From positions 1-50,662 of the forward strand of contig JAQGDQ010001271.1 of NCBI GenBank assembly GCA_030141605.1: a DNA stretch of 50,662 bases, in the 5' to 3' direction. The notes under the pieces are model-generated. The model had not been told where the DNA came from, ran no database searches, and saw only the letters and a list, made by a program, of their open reading frames with translations. The stretch is from Tubiluchus corallicola. Its lineage: Eukaryota > Animalia > Priapulida. Below, piece after piece: positions 1 to 14,450 of this stretch (position 1 is its first letter; each line of letters begins with the position of its first letter). A program made the translations under genes and the position numbers.

Positions 1-2125
1 TTGGAAAGTTCACTCACTTTTGTGTCAGGGGTTCAGTACTTGGAAAGTTCACTCACTTTTGTGTAAGTGGTTCAGTATTTGGAAAGTTCACTCACTTTTG
101 TGTAAGTGGTTCAGTATTTGGAAAGTTCACTCACTTTTGCGTCAGTGGTTCAGTATTTGGAAAGTTCACTCACTTTTGTGTAAGTGGTTCAGTACTTGGA
201 AAGTTCACTCACTGTCAGTGGTTCAGTACTTGGAAAGTTCACTCACTTTTGTGTCAGTGGTTCAGTACTTGGAAAGTTCACTCACTTTTGTGTCAGGGGT
301 TCAATACTTGGAAAGTTCACTCACTTTTGTGTCAGTGGTTCAGTATTTGGAAAGTTCACTCAGTTTTATGTCAGTGGTTCAATACTTGGAAAGTTCACTC
401 ACTTTTGTGTAAGTGGTTCAGTACTTGGAAAGTTCACTCACTTTTGTGTAAGTGGTTCAGTGCTTGGAAAGTTCAGTCACTTTTGTGTCAGTGGTTCAGT
501 ACTTGGGAAGTTCACTCACTTTTATGTCAGTGGTTCACTACTTGGGAAGTTCACTCACTTTTGTGTCAGCGGTTCAATACTTGGAAAGTTCACTCACTTT
601 TGTGTCAGGGGTTCAGTACTTGGAAAGTTCACACACTTTTGTATCAGTGGTTCAGTACTTGGAAAGTTCACTCACTTTTGTGTCAGGTGTTCAGTACTTG
701 GAAAGTTCACTCACTTTTGTGTAAGTGGTTCAGTACTTGGAAAGTTACTCACTTTTGTGTCAGGTGTTCAGTACTTGGAAAGTTCACTCACTTTTGTGTA
801 AGTGGTTCAGTACTTGGAAAGTTCACTCACTTTTGTGTCAGGGGTTCAATACTTGGAAAGTTCACTCACTTTTGTGTCAGGGGTTCAATACTTGGAAAGT
901 TCACTCACTGTCAGTGGTTCAGCACTTGGAAAGTTCACTCACTGTCAGTGGTTCAGCACTTGGAAAGTTCACTCACTGTCAGTGGTTCAGTACTTGGAAA
1001 GTTCACTCACTTTTGTGTCAGTGGTTCAGTACTTGGAAAGTTCACTCACTGTCAGTGGTTCAGTACTTGGAAAGTTCACTCACTTTTGTGTCAGGGGTTC
1101 AATACTTGGAAAGTTCACTCACTGTCAGTGGTTCAGTACTTGGAAAGTTCACTCACTTTTGTTTCAGCAGTTCAATACTTGGAAAGTTCACTCACTTTTG
1201 TGTCAGTGGTTCAATACTTGGAAAGTTCACTCACTTTTGTGTCAGGGGTTCAATACTTGGAAAGTTCACTCACTGTCAGTGGTTCAGTACTTGGAAAGTT
1301 CACTCACTTTTGTGTCAGTGGTTCAGTACTTGGAAAGTTCACTCACTTTTGTGTCAGTGGTTCAATACTTGGAAAGTTCACTCACTTTTGTGTCAGGGGT
1401 TCAGTACTTGGAAAGTTCACTCACTTTTGTTTCAGTGGTTCAGTACTTGGAAAGTTCACTCACTTTTGTGTCAGGGGTTCAATACTTGGAAAGTTCAGTC
1501 ACTTTTGTGTAAGTGGTTCAGTACTTGGAAAGTTCACTCACTTGTATGTCAGTGGTTCAATACTTGGAAAGTTCACTCACTTTTGTTTCAGTGGTTCAGT
1601 ACTTGGAAAGTTCACTCACTTTTGTGTCAGGGGTTCAATACTTGGAAAGTTCAGTCACTTTTGTGTCAGTGGTTCAGTACTTGGAAAGTTCACTCACTGT
1701 CAGTGGTTCAATACTTGGAAAGTTCACTCACTTTTGTGTCAGTGGTTCAGTACTTGGAAAGTTCACTCACTTTTGTGTCAGTGGTTCAGTACTTGGAAAG
1801 TTCACTCACTTTTGTGTAAGTGGTTCAGTATTTGGAAAGTTCACTCACTTTTGTGTCAGTGGTTCAATACTTGGAAAGTTCACTCACTTTTGTGTCAGTG
1901 GTTCAGTACTTGGAAAGTTCACTCACTTTTGTGTCAGGGGTTCAGAACTTGGAAAGTTCACTCACTTTTGTGTCAGGGGTTCAGTACTTGGAAAGTTCAC
2001 TCACTTTTGTTTCAGTGGTTCAGTACTTGGAAAGTTCACTCACTTTTGTGTCAGGGGTTCAATACTTGGAAAGTTCACTCACTTTTGTGTCAGTGGTTCA
2101 ATACTTGGAAAGTTCACTCACTTTT
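1..2125 (+). repeat. 39-bp minisatellite array with interspersed 34-bp deletion variant; left arm of a large inverted repeat; runs off the window start
   Basis: Unit TTGGAAAGTTCACTCACTTTTGTGTCAGTGGTTCAGTAC repeated about 55 times; the short variant lacks TTTTG. Confidence 0.98.
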
Positions 2126-2179
2126 TAAAGTGGTGGAGAGATTCTATTTGTTTTATTTCACTTGGGTAGTAAATTCCAT

Positions 2180-2460
2180 AAATGTAATGAGTGAAATTTA
2201 TGTAATGTAAAGCATGTTTCTGTTAATTGTGATGTATTTTTGTAATATTGCTTTGTAAAAATATTTTAATATTCTGTTTGTAAATATGTTCATTTATTGT
2301 ATATAATTAGGCCTTAGTTTTGCACTTTAGTTTTTTTAGTCTGCACTGGACGCATTTGTCTTGCACAGTGTTGTTATTTTAACATTACGCTGAGGCTTAC
2401 TCAATTTTATTATAATGAGTGAACCATTTTAATAACAAATAAAGAATTAATATATATATA
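2180..2460 (+). mobile_element. Dispersed repeat, probably a non-LTR retroelement 3' UTR ending in AATAAA plus a (TA)n tail
   Basis: Closely similar inverted copy at ~33735-34075. Shorter relatives sharing the GACGCATTTG core occur at ~6270-6330 (-) and ~39190-39310 (+). Confidence 0.65.
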
Positions 2461-2874
2461 AATCACACAAAAAATTTAAACTTTGTTATACGAAGAGATT
2501 AACCTCTCAGCAAACTTCTTCAGGTTATTGAAAGTATAAAAATTAGAAACAGAAAACAAAACACACAGACATCGCGACAACAAACTATTTGGATTAATTC
2601 ATTCTTCTTGTCGGAAAATTATGAATATTTTTTTAGAATTTGAGTTAAGAATTTGAATTTTAGAAAGTAACTGTAATATTCTGTGAAAATAACTGAAGAT
2701 CTCGTAAAATGAATATAATCTTACTTAAATCTAATAATATTGATAATACCTGCGAATTTACCTTCAAAATTTTGCGACTCAGCTGGCCGTATGATTTGAT
2801 ATGGCTTCATTAGCGTGACCTTGACGCGCTGAGTTCTCATTTTGTAATTGTAAATACTAACATTTGTGGAACTA

Positions 2875-3100
2875 ACCCCTTTGGCTGGCAAAGCATTCCA
2901 GCAGTGGACAACTAAAAAAATGGCCTCTTGTGTTAGTACGATAGAAACCCTGGAACAGTTTCACCGGATATCCACGTAAATCGTAGATGATTCGGGAAAA
3001 AGTCTCAAGGGGTCGTTCAAAATTTTGTAACAATGTATAAGGTTCATAGTTTCGCGTCTTGGTGCAGTGGGAGACATCTTCAGCTTCAGCATCAGTCATA
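2875..3100 (-). mobile_element. Decayed CR1-type LINE ORF2 C-terminal fragment
   Basis: Reads LRGYPVKLFQGFYRTNTRGHFFS, then after a frameshift VVHCWNALPA. This matches the CR1 C-terminal motif RGHxxKL...RxxFFSxRVVxxWNxLP. Confidence 0.75.
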
Positions 3101-3429
3101 ATTTGGGTGAAAACATCTGAATCTGCTAATGCTGATTAGCTAGAGTGATGTACCACGTGACTGCTGCGTACTCAAGCTTTGGTTGACCACTAATGTTTTG
3201 TACGATGGCACTATATTAAGTAACTAGATAAAACAGCCCGTTAAATCCAACCTATCACTCTTTTTGCTGACGTTTTTATTCTAGTTACATGCTTATTCCA
3301 TTTCAAATTATTCCATTCCATGTGCCTAAATCTTTTGCTTCAGTTAGCTGAATAATTTTGGACTCACTAAGTTTGTATCTAAACTCATACTTGGAATTTT
3401 CGCGAAAACAAGGTACTTAACCGGTTTTG

Positions 3430-6005
3430 GTGTCAGTAAGATACGCCTCGCGCCATCATTCTACCTAGCAGGCTACATTTTGAAGATTGATGCACTCCCT
3501 GTATCCATGTATTGTCTTACAGATGTCAGTAGATACGTCTCGTGCCATCATTCTACCTAGCAGGCTACATTTTAAAGATTGAAGCACTCCCTGTATCCAT
3601 GTAGTGTCTTACAGGTGTCAGTAGATACGTCTCGCGCCATCATTCTACCTAGCAGGCTACATTTTGAAGATTGAAGCACTCCCTGTATCCATGTATTGTC
3701 TTACAGATGTCAGTAGATACGTCTCGCGCCATCATTCTACCTAGCAGGCTACATTTTGAAGATTGAAGCACTCCCTGTATCCATGTATTGTCTTACAGAT
3801 GTCAGTAGATACGTCTCGCGCCATCATTCTACCTAGCAGGCTACATTTTGAAGATTGAAGCACTCCCTGTATCCATGTATTGTCTTACAGATGTCAGTAG
3901 ATACGTCTCGTGCCATCATTTTACCTAGCAGGTTACATTTTGAAGATCGATGCACTCCCTGTATCCTTGTATTGTCTTACAAATGTCAGTAGATACGTCT
4001 CGTGCCATCATTCTACCTAGCAGGCTACATTTTGAAGATTGAAGCACTCCCTGTATCCATGTATTGTCTTACAGGTGTCAGTACATACGTCTCGTGCCAT
4101 CATTCTACCTAGCAGGCTACATTTTGAAGATTGAAGCACTCCCTGTATCCATGTATTGTCTTACAGGTGTCAGTACATACGTCTCGTGCCATCATTCTAT
4201 CTAGCAGGCTACATTTTGAAGATTGAAGCACTTCCTGTATCCATGTATTGTCTTACAGATGTCAGTAGATACGTCTCGCGCCATCATTCTACCTAGCAGG
4301 CTACATTTTGAAGATCGCAGCACTCCCTGTATCCATGTATTGTCTTACAGATGTCAGTAGATACGTCTCGTGTCATCATTCTACCTAGCAGGTTACATTT
4401 TGAAGATTGAAGCACTTCCTGTATCCATGTATTGTCTTACAGATGTCAGCAGATACGTCTCGTGCCATCATTCTACCTAGCAGGCTACATTTTGAAGATT
4501 GAAGCACTCCCTGTATCCATGTATTGTCTTACAGATGTCAGTAGATACGTCTCGTGCCATCATTCTACCTAGCAGGCTACATTTTGAAGATTGAAGCACT
4601 CCCTGTATCCATGTATTGTCTTACAGATGTCAGTAGATACGTCTCGCGCCATCATTCTACCTAGCAGGTTACATTTTGAAGATTGAAGCACTCCCTGTAT
4701 CCATGTATTGTCTTACAGATGTCAGTAGATACGTCTCGTGCCATCATTCTTCCTAGCAGGCTACATTTTGAAGATCGATGCACTCCCTGTATCCATGTAT
4801 TGTCTTACAGGTGTCAGTAGATACGTCTCGTGCCATCATTCTACCTAGCAGGTTACATTTTGAAGATCGAAGCACTCCCTGTATCCATGTATTGTCTTAC
4901 AGATGTCAGTACATACGTCTCGTGCCATCATTCTATCTAGCAGGCTACATTTTGAAGATTGAAGCACTCCCTGTATCCATGTATTGTCTTACAGGTGTCA
5001 GTAGATACGTCTCGTGCCATCATTCTACCTAGCAGGTTACATTTTGAAGATCGATGCACTCCCTGTATCCATGTATTGTCTTACAGGTGTCAGTAGATAC
5101 GTCTCGTGCCATCATTCTACCTAGCAGGTTACATTTTGAAGATCGATGCACTCCCTGTATACTTGTATTGTCTTACAAATGTCAGTAGATACGTCTCGTG
5201 CTATCATTCTACCTAGCAGGCTACATTTTGAAGATTGAAGCACTCCCTGTATCCATGTATTGTCTTACAGATGTCAGTAGATACGTCTCGCGCCATCATT
5301 CTACCTAACAGGCTACATTTTGAAGATTGAAGCACTCCCTGTATCCATGTATTGTCTTACAGGTGTCAGTAGATACGTCTCGTGCCATCATTCTACCTAG
5401 CAGGCTACATTTTGAAGATCGCAGCACTCCCTGTATCCATGTATTGTCTTACAGATGTCAGTAGATACGTCTCGTGCCATCATTCTACCTAGCAGGCTAC
5501 ATTTTGAAGATTGAAGCACTCCCTGTATCCATGTATTGTCTTACAGGTGTCAGTAGATACGTCTCGCCATCATTCTACCTAGCAGGCTACATTTTGAAGA
5601 TTGAAACACTCCCTGTATCCATGTATTGTCTTACAGATGTCAGTAGATACGTCTCGTGTCATCATTCTACCTAGCAGGTTACATTTTGAAGATTGAAGCA
5701 CTTCCTGTATCCATGTATTGTCTTACAGATGTCAGTAGATACGTCTCGTGCCATCATTCTACCTAGCAGGCTACATTTTGAAGATCGATGCACTCCCTGT
5801 ATCCATGTATTGTCTTACAGATGTCAGTAGATACGTCTCGTGTCATCATTCTACCTAGCAGGTTACATTTTGAAGATTGAAGCACTTCCTGTATCCATGT
5901 ATTGTCTTACAGATGTCAGTAGATACGTCTCGTGCCATCATTCTACCTAGCAGGCTACATTTTGAAGATCGAAGCCCTCCCTGTATCCATGTATTGTCTT
6001 ACAGA
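3430..6005. repeat. 92-bp tandem array, ~28 copies
   Basis: Unit ATGTCAGTAGATACGTCTCGTGCCATCATTCTACCTAGCAGGCTACATTTTGAAGATTGAAGCACTCCCTGTATCCATGTATTGTCTTACAG; period 92 from starts at 3707, 3799 and 3891. Confidence 0.98.
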
Positions 6006-6023
6006 TTTGTACGTCGTCCACGT

Positions 6024-6190
<167 letters not shown>

Positions 6191-6913
6191 AAAATTTTTA
6201 TTTCCCATTTTAAAAACATTGACCATCATAATAAAAAAGACAGACAATCAGTGTTAGTTCATATAAAAACATACACTGTTCTGGGCAAATGCGTCTGGTG
6301 CAAGCTAAACTATAAGTGCAACTAGAAATTCAAAAATAAAATATAAAATAAAATATAAAATAAAATAAAATATAGTATTGACTTTCCATTAAGAATAGGA
6401 AGGTCAATCAGCTTAGATTAGGAAGCAGTGTGTTCCTTAGGAAGCAAATTTGGTTTTTTTACTGCGCCTGTCAGTCCGTCTGTCCATCATTTCGACTGCC
6501 TTTTTCATGCTAGCCTCTGTGTAACAGTAACAGGCTAACAGCGGCCACTAACGTCACGATTTCCAGCAAAGTAGTAACAGTCGTATTAAGACTAAAATGT
6601 AGTCTACTTCTTTCTTCATAAATAAGTGATTTAATGTTGCAGCGTATTGTCGTTTTGTATGGAAATTTTACAATGGAAGCAATTTCATCATTTCACGGCA
6701 CAAAACTTCATTTTATGTTATAAATAAATGCAGAAACTCCGACTAATAAATCAACCTTGAAGCATTTTACAACTCCGTCTGTTCTAGATATTAACAAAAG
6801 GCGGAAAAGTTTGGGATAGATCATTTAACTGTGAACTTGAAATAAAATGTTGAATTGTACAAAGATTAAAATATAAAACGGTAAAATATGTTAGTGAACC
6901 ATTTTACATCAAA

Positions 6914-9850
6914 CACTGAACCACTGACAGTGAGTGAACTTTCCAAGTATTGAACCACTGACATAAAAGTGAGTGAACTTTCCAAGTACTGAACCACTGA
7001 CAGTGAGTGAACTTTCCAAGTGCTGAACCACTGACAGTGAGTGAACTTTCCAAGTACTGAACCACTGACAGTGAGTGAACTTTCCAAGTACTGAACCACT
7101 GACATAAAAGTGAGTGAACTTTCCAAGTACTGAACCACTGACAGTGAGTGAACTTTCCAAGTACTGAACCACTGACAGTGAGTGAACTTTCCAAGTATTG
7201 AACCACTGACAGTGAGTGAACTTTCCAAGTGCTGAACCACTGACAGTGAGTGAACTTTCCAAGTACTGAACCACTGAAACAAAAGTGAGTGAACTTTCCA
7301 AGTATTGAACCACTGACAGTGAGTGAACTTTCCAAGTGCTGAACCACTGACAGTGAGTGAACTTTCCAAGTACTGAACCACTGAAACAAAAGTGAGTGAA
7401 CTTTCCAAGTATTGAACCCCTGACACAAAAGTGAGTGAACTTTCCAAGTACTGAACCACTGAAACAAAAGTGAGTGAACTTTCCAAGTATTGAACCCCTC
7501 ACACAAAAGTGAGTGAACTTTTCAAGTACTGAACCACTGAAACAAAAGTGAGTGAACTTTCCAAATATTGAACCACTGACACAAAAGTGAGTGAACTTTC
7601 CAAGTATTGAACCCCTGACACAAAAGTGAGTGAACTTTCCAAGTACTGAACCACTGAAACAAAAGTGAGTGAACTTTCCAAGTACTGAACCCCTGACACA
7701 AAAGTGAGTGAACTTTCCAAGTACTGAACCCCTGACACAAAAGTGAGTGAACTTTCCAAGTATTGAACCACTGACACAAAAGTGAGTGAACTTTCCAAGT
7801 ATTGAACCACTGACACAAAAGTGAGTGAACTTTCCAAGTACTGAACCACTTACACAAAAGTGAGTGAACTTTCCAAGTACTGAACCCCTGACACAAAAGT
7901 GAGTGAACTTTCCAAGTACTGAACCACTTACACAAAAGTGAGTGAACTTTCCAAGTATTGAACCACTGACAGTGAGTGAACTTTCCAAGTACTGAACCAC
8001 TTACACAAAAGTGACTGAACTTTCCAAGTATTGAACCCCTGACACAAAAGTGAGTGAACTTTCCAAGTACTGAACCACTGAAACAAAAGTGAGTGAACTT
8101 TCCAAGTATTGAACCACTGACAGTGAGTGAACTTTCCAAGTACTGAACCACTTACACAAAAGTGACTGAACTTTCCAAGTATTGAACCCCTGACACAAAA
8201 GTGAGTGAACTTTCCAAGTACTGAACCACTGAAACAAAAGTGAGTGAACTTTCCAAGTACTGAACCCCTTACACAAAAGTGAGTGAACTTTCCAAGTATT
8301 GAACCACTGACATAAAACTGAGTGAACTTTCCAAATACTGAACCACTGACACAAAAGTGAGTGAACTTTCCAAGTACTGAACCACTGACAGTGAGTGAAC
8401 TTTCCAAGTACTGAACCACTGACATAAAAGTGAGTGAACTTTCCAAGTACTGAACCACTGACAGTGAGTGAACTTTCCAAGTATTGAACCCCTGACACAA
8501 AAGTGAGTGAACTTTCCAAGTACTGAACCACTGACAGTGAGTGAACTTTCCAAGTATTGAACCCCTGACACAAAAGTGAGTGAACTTTCCAAGTACTGAA
8601 CCACTGACAGTGAGTGAACTTTCCAAGTGCTGAACCACTGACATAAAAGTGAGTGAACTTTCCAAGTACTGAACCACTGACAGTGAGTGAACTTTCCAAG
8701 TGCTGAACCACTGACAGTGAGTGAACTTTCCAAGTGCTGAACCACTGACAGTGAGTGAACTTTCCAAGTATTGAACCCCTGACACAAAAGTGAGTGAACT
8801 TTCCAAGTACTGAACCCCTGACACAAAAGTGAGTGAACTTTCCAAGTACTGAACCACTTACACAAAAGTGAGTGAACTTTCCAAGTGCTGAACCCCTGAC
8901 ACAAAAGTGAGTGAACTTTCCAAGTACTGAACCACTTACACAAAAGTGAGTGAACTTTCCAAGTACTGAACCCCTGACACAAAAGTGAGTGAACTTTCCA
9001 AGTACTGAACCACTTACACAAAAGTGAGTGAACTTTCCAAATACTGAACCCCTGACACAAAAGTGAGTGAACTTTCTAAGTATTGAACCCCTGACACAAA
9101 AGTGAGTGAACTTTCCAAGTACTGAACCACTGACATAAAAGTGAGTGAACTTTCCAAATACTGAACCCCTGACACAAAAGTGAGTGAACTTTCCAAGTAC
9201 TGAACCACTTACACAAAAGTGAGTGAACTTTCCAAGTACTGAACCACTTACACAAAAGTGAGTGAACTTTCCAAGTATTGAACCACTGACATAAAACTGA
9301 GTGAACTTTCCAAATACTGAACCACTGACACAAAAGTGAGTGAACTTTCCAAGTATTGAACCCCTGACACAAAAGTGAGTGAACTTTCCAAGTACTGAAC
9401 CACTGACACAAAAGTGAGTGAACTTTCCAAGTACTGAACCACTGACAGTGAGTGAACTTTCCAAGTACTGAACCACTTACACAAAAGTGAGTGAACTTTC
9501 CAAATACTGAACCACTGACGCAAAAGTGAGTGAACTTTCCAAATACTGAACCACTTACACAAAAGTGAGTGAACTTTCCAAATACTGAACCACTTACACA
9601 AAAGTGAGTGAACTTTCCAAGTACTGAACCCCTGACACAAAAGTGAGTGAACTTTCCAAGTACTGAACCACTTACACAAAAGTGAGTGAACTTTCCAAGT
9701 ACTGAACCACTTACACAAAAGTGAGTGAACTTTCCAAGTACTGAACCACTGACACAAAAGTGAGTGAACTTTCCAAGTACTGAACCACTGTCACAAAAGT
9801 GAGTGAACTTTCCAAGTACTGAACCACTGTCACAAAAGTGAGTGAACTTT
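6914..9850 (-). repeat. 39/34-bp minisatellite array, reverse complement of 1-2125; right arm of a large inverted repeat
   Basis: Same unit on the minus strand. The variant order at 9248-9640 mirrors 20-412. Confidence 0.98.
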
Positions 9851-10635
9851 TCTGGTAGTGAACAGGTGATAAAAATATATCAAATATCTCAAACTTACCT
9901 GCATCTATCGCCTGCCCGTTTATATAATGTGGCTACTGAATTTCTCTTTTGACGAAACGAAATAATTTGAAGCTGCTAAATTTTAATCGAGAAAATTAAT
10001 AATTTATTTTTAACTTCTCCCACACAAAACTATTCCTCTTGCGTTCGCAGTGAAAGAGAGGGTCTGTTGACACTTCCGCGATCAAACTAGAAAAAGGAAA
10101 GACAACACGAGCGTCCCGCTGAGACAAACCGTCTCTCAAACTGTATTACGTACCGTGTTTGCTATCAATCAGCCATTATTTGACGAAACAAGCAAAAACA
10201 TTCAACTAAGTCGCCATACATCACAAAGGAAACCAAGCGAGAGCTCTGCCTGCCTGCACAAATGACACTATTTACTGGAGCAGCGTGAAGCCATGCGTGC
10301 GGTTCTTATAGCACGCTGGGCTTCAATCAGGTCTGAAGCTTTGTGTAGAAAACATGACAGCAATAAATGCTCAAGCTGAGATATGGATTGTAATGTGGGG
10401 TAGTGTGTAGGACGATCGTTTGATCACGTTATGACAGTTTATGCACCTGCGTATTCTAGCCTTAGGCTTCTAGTGTTGATTGTTCTAGGCATAAATAATT
10501 ACACAAGCTGAAATTGGCAATTTAAAAAGCTTTGACCGGTTTTTTCTTGCAGAACAGCGTCAGTTAACTACTGGGCACTTTTAAAAGAAAGTCTTGATTA
10601 AATTCTGTGTCATCATAAATTAGTGTTTAAAAGTT

Positions 10636-10649
10636 TTTATTTATTTACT

Positions 10650-10696
<47 letters not shown>

Positions 10697-10773
10697 TCTA
10701 TTTACTTATTTATTTATTTACTTATTTATTTACTTATTTATTTATTTATTTACTTATTTGTTTATTTATTTAC

Positions 10774-10813
<40 letters not shown>

Positions 10814-11010
10814 GTAAATATATACTAAATATATATATAATAGTATATTATATATATATTTACTTATTTATTTATATATTTATTTGTTTATTTATTTATT
10901 TATTTACTTATTTATATATATAAATAATATATAATATAAATATATATATATATAAAATAAATGAATAAATAAATAAATAAGTAAATATATATATTTATTT
11001 ATTTATTTAC

Positions 11011-11069
<59 letters not shown>

Positions 11070-11095
11070 TTCACTTATTTATTTATTTATTTTAT
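10636..11095. repeat. Compound (TTTA)n/(TA)n/(TAAA)n AT-rich microsatellite with internal strand switches
   Basis: Direct reading. Confidence 0.95.
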
Positions 11096-11477
11096 ATACT
11101 TAACTACTTAAACCTACAAAAGCTAGAATTCAGCATTTAACGATTATCTGCTCAATATGGTGTGTGTGGCAAGACTGGAACTTAGCTCAGTATCAAGTTT
11201 ATTTGTTTGTTGGTCGGTTAGTCGGTCGGTCGTTCATTTTGTTTGTTTGTTTGCCTGCTTGCTTATTCAGAATGTATTTATAAAATGTACAATTCATACA
11301 CGCATTTATAAGTAGGCTTAGAGTTCTTAGTAGGTCCAACCGTACAACTGTAGGTAGCAACAATTTTACGTTAATAGCTGTTCAGAAATGGACAGATGAT
11401 ATGTGAGGTGCACACCAACTTTCAACTCGTACAGCAAGGATGATGCCTGTCTACACCAACCGATATATTTCTGTTAA

Positions 11478-11545
11478 AAAAACCGGTCGGGAATCGAACC
11501 CGCAACCTCGTAGACGTAAATCAAACGCCCTCGTTTAAACTGCTC
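11478..11545 (-). mobile_element. Possible tRNA-derived SINE head remnant
   Basis: GGGAATCGAACCCGC on + gives the Pol III B-box GGTTCGATTCC on -. No intact cloverleaf is visible. Confidence 0.45.
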
Positions 11546-11604
11546 GAGTGTATTAATTAACCCAGATGTGTTAATTTTGTCATTTCCAGCTCTGTCGCAT
11601 GCTT

Positions 11605-12170
11605 TTAGCTTAAACATAATTTATTATAGGATTGGATCAGACAGTTTGAACAACATGGTTTAGGATCCTCACCACTACAGACTTTATACACTATTTACAA
11701 GAACATTTACAGTAAGAATAGACTATGACTACACAAGCTGACAAGTTTTACTACAAGATTACATTAGATATTAGTAACATTTACAGTAAGAATAGACTAT
11801 AACTACACAAGCTGACAAGTTTTACTACAGCGATACATTAGACATTAGTAACAAATGAGGATTAGAAAATATTAATGTACGATTATTTAAGACTGATGCA
11901 TTTCATATCAGATAGAAACTACTGGAAGCGTTTAGTACGTAATATAAAGTCATGTATACATTGGAATATTTTACAGTTAGCAACATAGTTAAATTCATCT
12001 TTTCCGAATAATAACAACTTCAACACATCATTATTTCCTAAGACAGCTATATTAAGGTTTTCGGGCAGAAGTATTGCATTTAATTTATCAAACATAACTA
12101 CCCTAGCATGCTTTTTGCAGTGAGAACATTACATGAGACTATGTTTTACGAGTTACTTAAATTTATTGTA
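11605..12170 (-). mobile_element. Decayed LINE (L2/CR1-group) ORF2 C-terminus plus 3' UTR
   Basis: Minus strand reads VLKLLLFGKDEFNYVANCKIFQCIHDFILRTKRFQ* (stop 11919-11921), the typical LLxG...N..IF..V..FI..TKRF ORF2 end. A UTR with an internal ~70-bp duplication and an AATAAA follows. Confidence 0.7.
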
Positions 12171-12710
12171 CAATAAAGCGCATTACATCATCATTCGCAA
12201 ATGGAAATCAGTCGCGGATTTGAATACGTATTCAAGGATCACTGTACAGGCTCGTGCATAAGCATTTGCTAAGGGTGCAGGGTGTTTTAGAAAAGGGCAG
12301 GAAAATAAAACCTACGTGAAATGAAAATTGTCTCACGCTAAACTATAAGAACACGTCAAATGAATTTGATCAACTTTAATGTACTGTTCTAGTTTGCTCT
12401 GCTGGTTGCCATGGCTCGTTAATGCAAATTCCAATGCTTATTCTAATGTGAATCTAATCAATATATCCTTTCATTCTCTATTATTTCGCCATCTTTCTTA
12501 CCACATCTTCACATTCATATCCTTTCATGAGTTTCATATTTTATTTTGCACCTCCTGCATCCCGTTTTTCGGAAGTGGTGCTGACAAGCCACTGGCATGG
12601 CGGAGTCTAGTTTTTTGCTGGATTAACTGCTGTGTTTACCTGTCCTAAGGGCAGACTTCTTTTATTTTAGAGTTCTAAAACCCCAATGTCTACAATTGAC
12701 GTAATGGGCA

Positions 12711-12889
<179 letters not shown>

Positions 12890-13637
12890 TATTCGCGTCA
12901 GATCTTACAAGTTTTACTTTTGATCTGAGCCGATAATTTGTCTTGCTCATTGTAACTTGTAAGGCTATATCTAATTTAAGATCATTTCTGATGTCTTTAT
13001 ATTGTAGAACAAATCGTCACTTTTGTGTAAACTGGCTTTGGAATAAATAAACTAAACTAAACTAATAATTGGAGTATCCACCTTTAATTATTTGGCCTCA
13101 CTGCTTGCAAACATTCGTTGACTAGATTCCACACTGTTTAACTTCGGTTGCGACGCATGCGCAGTAGTAGCCTGTCATCGTTCACTAAATTCTTCTGCTT
13201 CTTTTGCTTCCTACTTGACAATCTCTTCTAACTTTCTGGTTTTTCTTGGGATTCTGTCAGCTTTTACATTTGTGATCTGCACCCTGGAAGGTGGTAAATT
13301 TACTCCTCTCGAATCTGCAGCTAATTAAGTCGCCTGGTGATTTCTTGATTGACTCCACGACCCTCAACATTTCTGCCGGGCGCCGCTTCACCTCGACACA
13401 ATGTTATTACACAACTGCTTGCACTAATATGAAAGCTGAAATTTTATTTTGATGATCTTGACTTTTCCTTGACTAGTATATAAAAGATTGGTTATATAGC
13501 ACTGTTTCCTGGCGTAATCAATCCATCACCGACTACTTGTGTGGATTACTAAGTAAAGAAAATTCAATATAGTCAGAGCCAATGTTGCCCTTAATTAGTC
13601 TATGTGTTTACCAAATCCTTACGTTGTGGCTAATGCA

Positions 13638-13869
13638 ATGATGATGAAGGGGGCGTGCAAAAACTGGGCTTTGGGAGGGTTGGTATTTATGAAACACTGC
13701 TGCTGGTGGTGTTGCTGCTGCTGTTGTTGTTGCTGCTACTACTACTGCTGTTGCTGCTGCTACTGCTGCTGTAGTCCGGATGCTACTATTGAAATTGTGG
13801 AAATAGTGAGAATGATGATGAAAGGGGCGTGCAAAAACTGGGCTTTGGGAGGGTTGGTGTTGATGAAAC

Positions 13870-13922
<53 letters not shown>

Positions 13923-14049
13923 AGTCCGGATACTACTATTGAAATTGCGGAAATAGTGAGAATGATGCTGAAAGGGGCGTGCGAAAACTGGGCTTTGGGA
14001 GGGTTGGTGTTTATGAAACACTGCTGCTGGTGGTGTTGCTGCTGCTGCT

Positions 14050-14081
<32 letters not shown>

Positions 14082-14294
14082 TGCTGCTACTGCTGTAGTC
14101 CGGATACTGCTATTGAAATTGTGGAAATAGTGAGAATGATGCTGAAAGGGGCGTGCAAAAACTGGGCTTTGGGAGGGTTAGTGTTTATGAAACACTGCTG
14201 CTGGTGGTGTTGCTGCTGCTGCTGTTGTTGTTGCTGCTGCTACTGCTACTGCTACTGCTACTGCTGTTGCTGTTGTTGCTGTTCCTGCTGTTGC

Positions 14295-14328
<34 letters not shown>

Positions 14329-14365
14329 ACTGCTGTTGCTGTTGTTGCTGCTGCTGCTGCTGTTG

Positions 14366-14398
<33 letters not shown>

Positions 14399-14450
14399 TA
14401 GTCCGGATACTACAATTGAAATTGTGGAAACAGTGAGAATGATGATGAGG
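13638..14450. repeat. Compound VNTR: ~99-bp constant unit alternating with variable (CTG/TTG/CTA)n tracts, 4 units
   Basis: AGTCCGGATACTACTATTGAAATTGTGGAAATAGTGAGAATGATG...GGGGCGTGCAAAAACTGGGCTTTGGGAGGGTTGGTG..ATGAAACAC recurs between the triplet runs. Confidence 0.95.

Noticed and set aside
2872-3099. 75-aa ORF as a host gene exon
   Set aside because: Better explained as a frameshifted CR1-type LINE C-terminus.
9890-10100. Strong minus-strand donor CAG|GTAAGT at ~9898
   Set aside because: No coding frame or partner exon can be identified; it may be a non-coding exon but is unsupported.
13170-13440. Coding-looking minus-strand segment after a TTTCAG acceptor
   Set aside because: Stops interrupt the frames examined and there is no recognisable motif.
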